Positions 63,315 to 64,000 of a stretch of 64,000 nt of DNA are shown here, piece after piece. The DNA is from the human T2T-CHM13v2.0 reference genome, Homo sapiens. The notes under the pieces are model-generated. The model saw only the letters and a program-made list of their open reading frames with translations, did no database searches and was not told the origin of the DNA. The position numbers were made by a program, and so were the translations under genes. The stretch lies in the NCBI RefSeq assembly GCF_009914755.1, contig NC_060929.1. One strand, given 5' to 3'. Numbering within the stretch: the stretch's first letter is position 1; every line of letters begins with the position of its first letter.

Positions 63315-64000
63315 AAGATAATCGTTGATATCTGGAGAGAAAAAGGTAGAGATAAAGATAGAGGTAAGGAAAGGCAGAGGGAGAAAAAGAGAAAAGAAAA
63401 TGATACGACTACTACAACTATCAATGCAATTACTAACTACACCAATATAATACCTCGTTATTTCTCAGACTATACTGCATATTAATCATCTCTTTCTGTG
63501 TTTGTTATACATTATTTGTTCTGTGGCATAGATTCTTGCAATAGACAATATAGTGTTCTATTTCATAATATTATAATCATCATCATAAATATTACTATTA
63601 TTGTGTTTATTATTGTAAGTATTATCTTATTATATGCCATCACCTGCAACCTCTCAATCAGTCCCTGGAAAATAAGTAAGCCATCAAATATTAAGATAGG
63701 GTCAGTAAATACATGCAATTTAAAAAAATAACAGCAGCTTCTAAAACAAAACACACACAGCAGTTGTCAAAGCCCAACTGTGTACTAGTAATTAAAAATC
63801 TGTGTTTAATTATTCATCCACTTTACCTTTCATTTATAAACAAATATTTTGTTAATGTTTAAATGCATCACAAACAATGCTTCATAAAAGAGAAAGAAAT
63901 ATAATTATTAACAGATGATTTCTTTCAATAAATGAAGTATCCGGGCTAGAAGGAGAAATGCCTGTTCTGGCTAGTTTCACAGTCTGTGCTCTCTCTCCTT

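Overview
This is AT-rich, gene-poor primate (human-like) genomic DNA, either intergenic or from a long intron. I see no supportable protein-coding gene, RNA gene or CRISPR array. Much of the window is interspersed repeats: Alu J/S/Y; L1 from ancient L1M to L1PA5-like, including a near-full-length L1PA15/16-like copy and two twin-primed 5'-inverted copies; MaLR proviruses and solo LTRs (MLT1, MST, THE1); an ERV1 MER61-like solo LTR; MIR, L2 and MER5. Many are nested, with readable target-site duplications (TSDs). The longer ORFs are broken L1 ORF2, MaLR or Alu read-throughs. I found no evidence of a new biological system. The best leads are a ~140-bp locally templated insertion flanked by a 9-bp direct repeat, a pair of RFX X-box motifs in unique sequence, a 36-bp perfect duplication anchored on an AluY TSD, ~112-bp monomer repeats with a 214-codon ORF in an old L1 5'UTR, and shared variants between two neighbouring L1PA5-like copies. 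Subfamily calls come from remembered consensus features, and boundaries of old repeats are approximate.
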